Below are positions 35,305-37,181 of a stretch of DNA of 37,181 bases, in pieces. Location of the stretch: the IMG/VR virus record IMGVR_UViG_3300037756_000102, positions 1 through 37,181 of that record; one strand, written 5' to 3'. This DNA comes from a virus (taxonomy: Duplodnaviria; Caudoviricetes). The first letter of the stretch is position 1; each line of letters starts with the position of its first letter. The position numbers were made by a program, and so were the translations under genes. Below the pieces are notes generated by a model. It had not been told where the DNA came from and did not search any database. It saw only the letters and a program-made list of their open reading frames with translations.

Positions 35305-35957
35305 CAGTGATGCCGTCCACTCGGCTCATGCTTCATCCACGGATTTGCGAAGTGCGTACCAGGCAGCGCGGCCGGGCGTAGCTTCGCCTCACGCAGTACG
35401 AACGCCTGCGAAACCTGATCGCGCTGTGATCCCGCGCGGACTTCCCGCGCCCACGTAGCACCCATCCGCTTGACAGCGGGGGTGTGCTGCCGGGCGATCA
35501 CCCCGGACGCCCACAACCCCCAGCGCTCCGGATGACCAGCGTCCCGGTACCGGTCCATCTGCGGAGCGGCCAGCCCATCGGGGTCCATTCCCAGCCGGAC
35601 GATCTCCGTACCCTCCTGATACAGGCAGTCCCGCCACGGATGAACCCACTGGGCGATGGGCTTGGCCAGTTCGAGGGCTTCGGCCGCGAAATCCGGGCTG
35701 GTGATCCGGAACGCTGCATCCACCCAGATACTCGCCTGTGCGTCGGTGTACTCCCACGGCAGGAACTTCGGGCGCTTCGCCGCACGTACCGCGGCCAACT
35801 TCGGCTGCGGCCTCACCACCACACGCCAGCCGAGGGGATCGGCAGGTGCCTTGTCCGTGACAAGCACCCAGTCCACCTCGATCCCGGTCTGCTTGAGAAC
35901 GGGCTTGACCGAGTCGTACCCGTCATACACCGCACTGACTATGGCCACGTCAGCCAT
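35304..35957 (-). CDS. glycosyltransferase-like protein (DUF616/TOD1-MUCI70-like)
   Basis: A..GYD, K..PW, SIWVDA, HPWRDC.Y.E and RDQ.S motifs; CAGACGGAGGAA RBS before 35957. Confidence 0.75.
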   Translation of the reverse strand: MADVAIVSAVYDGYDSVKPVLKQTGIEVDWVLVTDKAPADPLGWRVVVRPQPKLAAVRAAKRPKFLPWEYTDAQASIWVDAAFRITSPDFAAEALELAKPIAQWVHPWRDCLYQEGTEIVRLGMDPDGLAAPQMDRYRDAGHPERWGLWASGVIARQHTPAVKRMGATWAREVRAGSQRDQVSQAFVLREAKLRPAALPGTHFANPWMKHEPSGRHH

Positions 35958-36001
35958 GATTTTCCTCCGTCTGTCCTTGTCCACTGGGTCTCCCTGGTCC
36001 T

Positions 36002-36808
36002 TCATTTGTACCATTTCACGGTCGCTGCAATCCGATCCCAGTCCAGTTCCGGCTTCCAGTCCAGACGACCCCACCCGTCGCCCTCCGCAGTGATCTTCAC
36101 TGGCACCTCGCCCGGCCGCATCGGCAGATGCTCCACCCCCGCCGTACTGCCCGTCACCTGAAGGACGAAGTCGGCCAGCTCGTTGACCGTGACCGGTACA
36201 CCGGTGCCCGCGTCGAACACCACGTCATCGCCGTACGCAACTGCGGCAACCAGCATCCGCCCCACATCGTCGGCGTGCACCAGGTCCATGGTCTGTTCTC
36301 CGTCGCCCCAGACGGGCAGCGGACGGTTCTCCCACGCCGCGCGTGCGAACGTCGGCAGGATCTTCTGCGGATGGCCAGGCCCGTACGCCTGATAGGGGCC
36401 GTAGCCGTTGAACGCCCGAACGGTGGCCACACGCAGCCCGTAGGCATGGTGCCACGCGGTACTCAGGCGCCGGGCCGCGACCTTCGTCGCCGTGTACACG
36501 CTGGGGAACGGGTCGGGCATGCTGATGCCGACATAGCCGGCCCGGTGGGTACGGCACCACTCCAGTATCCGCAGGGTGCCCTTGACGTTGACCTCAAGAG
36601 CTGTTTCCGGCATGTCGAACAGCTCGGTGGTGCCGAGGACCCCTGCAAGATGAATGACCGTGTCCGCATCCCCCAGCGCCTCCAGGGATCCGAGGATGTC
36701 CCGACCCTGGAGGCGGTCGAACGCCCACACGGTGTGTCCGGCTTCCTGTGCCGCGCTGATGGTGGCCCGGCCGAAAAATCCGGCCCCACCGGTCACTGCG
36801 ATCTTCAT
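36002..36808 (-). CDS. NAD-dependent epimerase/dehydratase
   Basis: TGGAGFFG, HLAG, YTATK (YxxxK), N.YGP and GDGEQT.D motifs. Confidence 0.9.
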   Translation of the reverse strand: MKIAVTGGAGFFGRATISAAQEAGHTVWAFDRLQGRDILGSLEALGDADTVIHLAGVLGTTELFDMPETALEVNVKGTLRILEWCRTHRAGYVGISMPDPFPSVYTATKVAARRLSTAWHHAYGLRVATVRAFNGYGPYQAYGPGHPQKILPTFARAAWENRPLPVWGDGEQTMDLVHADDVGRMLVAAVAYGDDVVFDAGTGVPVTVNELADFVLQVTGSTAGVEHLPMRPGEVPVKITAEGDGWGRLDWKPELDWDRIAATVKWYK

Positions 36809-36823
36809 CGGACTTCTCCTCGC

Positions 36824-37181
36824 TCACCACGGGGTCCGGCCCCATTTCGCTTTGAACGCCTCGCGGTCCCGCCCTGCCTGCGCCTGGAGCTCCGGCCGTT
36901 CGTACATCGATCCGTTGGGGCAGCGGTGCTCGACCGTGAGACCCGGAACGAGAAGCGCCCCGCCCTTCTCTCTGGCACGCCAATCAAGATCATCGTCCCC
37001 GTACCACCACCTCAGTGACTCGTCCAGACGGAGCCCCGCTTCACCACGCAGCATGTACGCATATCCGGTGATCCGTGTCCACAGGTCGACCGGTCCGGCT
37101 TTGGTGTGGAGGATCCGGCGCTTCCCCCCGAGCTGGTCCGGGTAGGCGAGCACAGCCGTGGTGGAGCGCATCGCCGCGGAC
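36824..37181 (-). CDS. glycosyltransferase family 2, 3' part (truncated by window edge)
   Basis: G.A.M.R...DE...WYGDDD..V.H..D...F..KW C-terminal GT2 pattern. Confidence 0.65.
   Translation of the reverse strand, partial: SAAMRSTTAVLAYPDQLGGKRRILHTKAGPVDLWTRITGYAYMLRGEAGLRLDESLRWWYGDDDLDWRAREKGGALLVPGLTVEHRCPNGSMYERPELQAQAGRDREAFKAKWGRTPW

Noticed and set aside
1-37181. Integrase, replication genes, small terminase, tRNAs, reverse transcriptase/DGR
   Set aside because: No supporting motifs seen in this window, so lifestyle (prophage versus plasmid-phage) cannot be decided here

Overview
High-GC actinobacterial (Streptomyces-like) temperate phage or phage-plasmid segment. The minus strand (about 8.7-37.2 kb) carries a sugar-modification cluster and a near-complete siphovirus morphogenesis module: terminase, portal, 2H/MuF-like head protein, protease, capsid, major tail, adaptors, chaperones, tape measure, tail proteins and endolysin. 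The plus strand (1-8.7 kb, plus islands at 17.6-18.2 and 19.7-21.3 kb) carries a Streptomyces-type transfer module (Spd-like membrane protein, TraB-like FtsK/SpoIIIE ATPase), an orphan Phd/YefM-like gene, WYL, DUF6745-like, HNH and WhiB genes, several behind a five-copy conserved promoter/RBS cassette. The main novelty is a 346-aa intein in the terminase Walker A motif. Its endonuclease slot is filled by a complete HTH-HNH endonuclease gene on the OPPOSITE strand, with its own putative leaderless promoter, and both frames are open. Also notable: dense TGTCC/GGACA motif islands inside coding regions and a perfect 43-bp inverted repeat at 17.4 kb. All calls come from reading motifs by eye; no searches were run.
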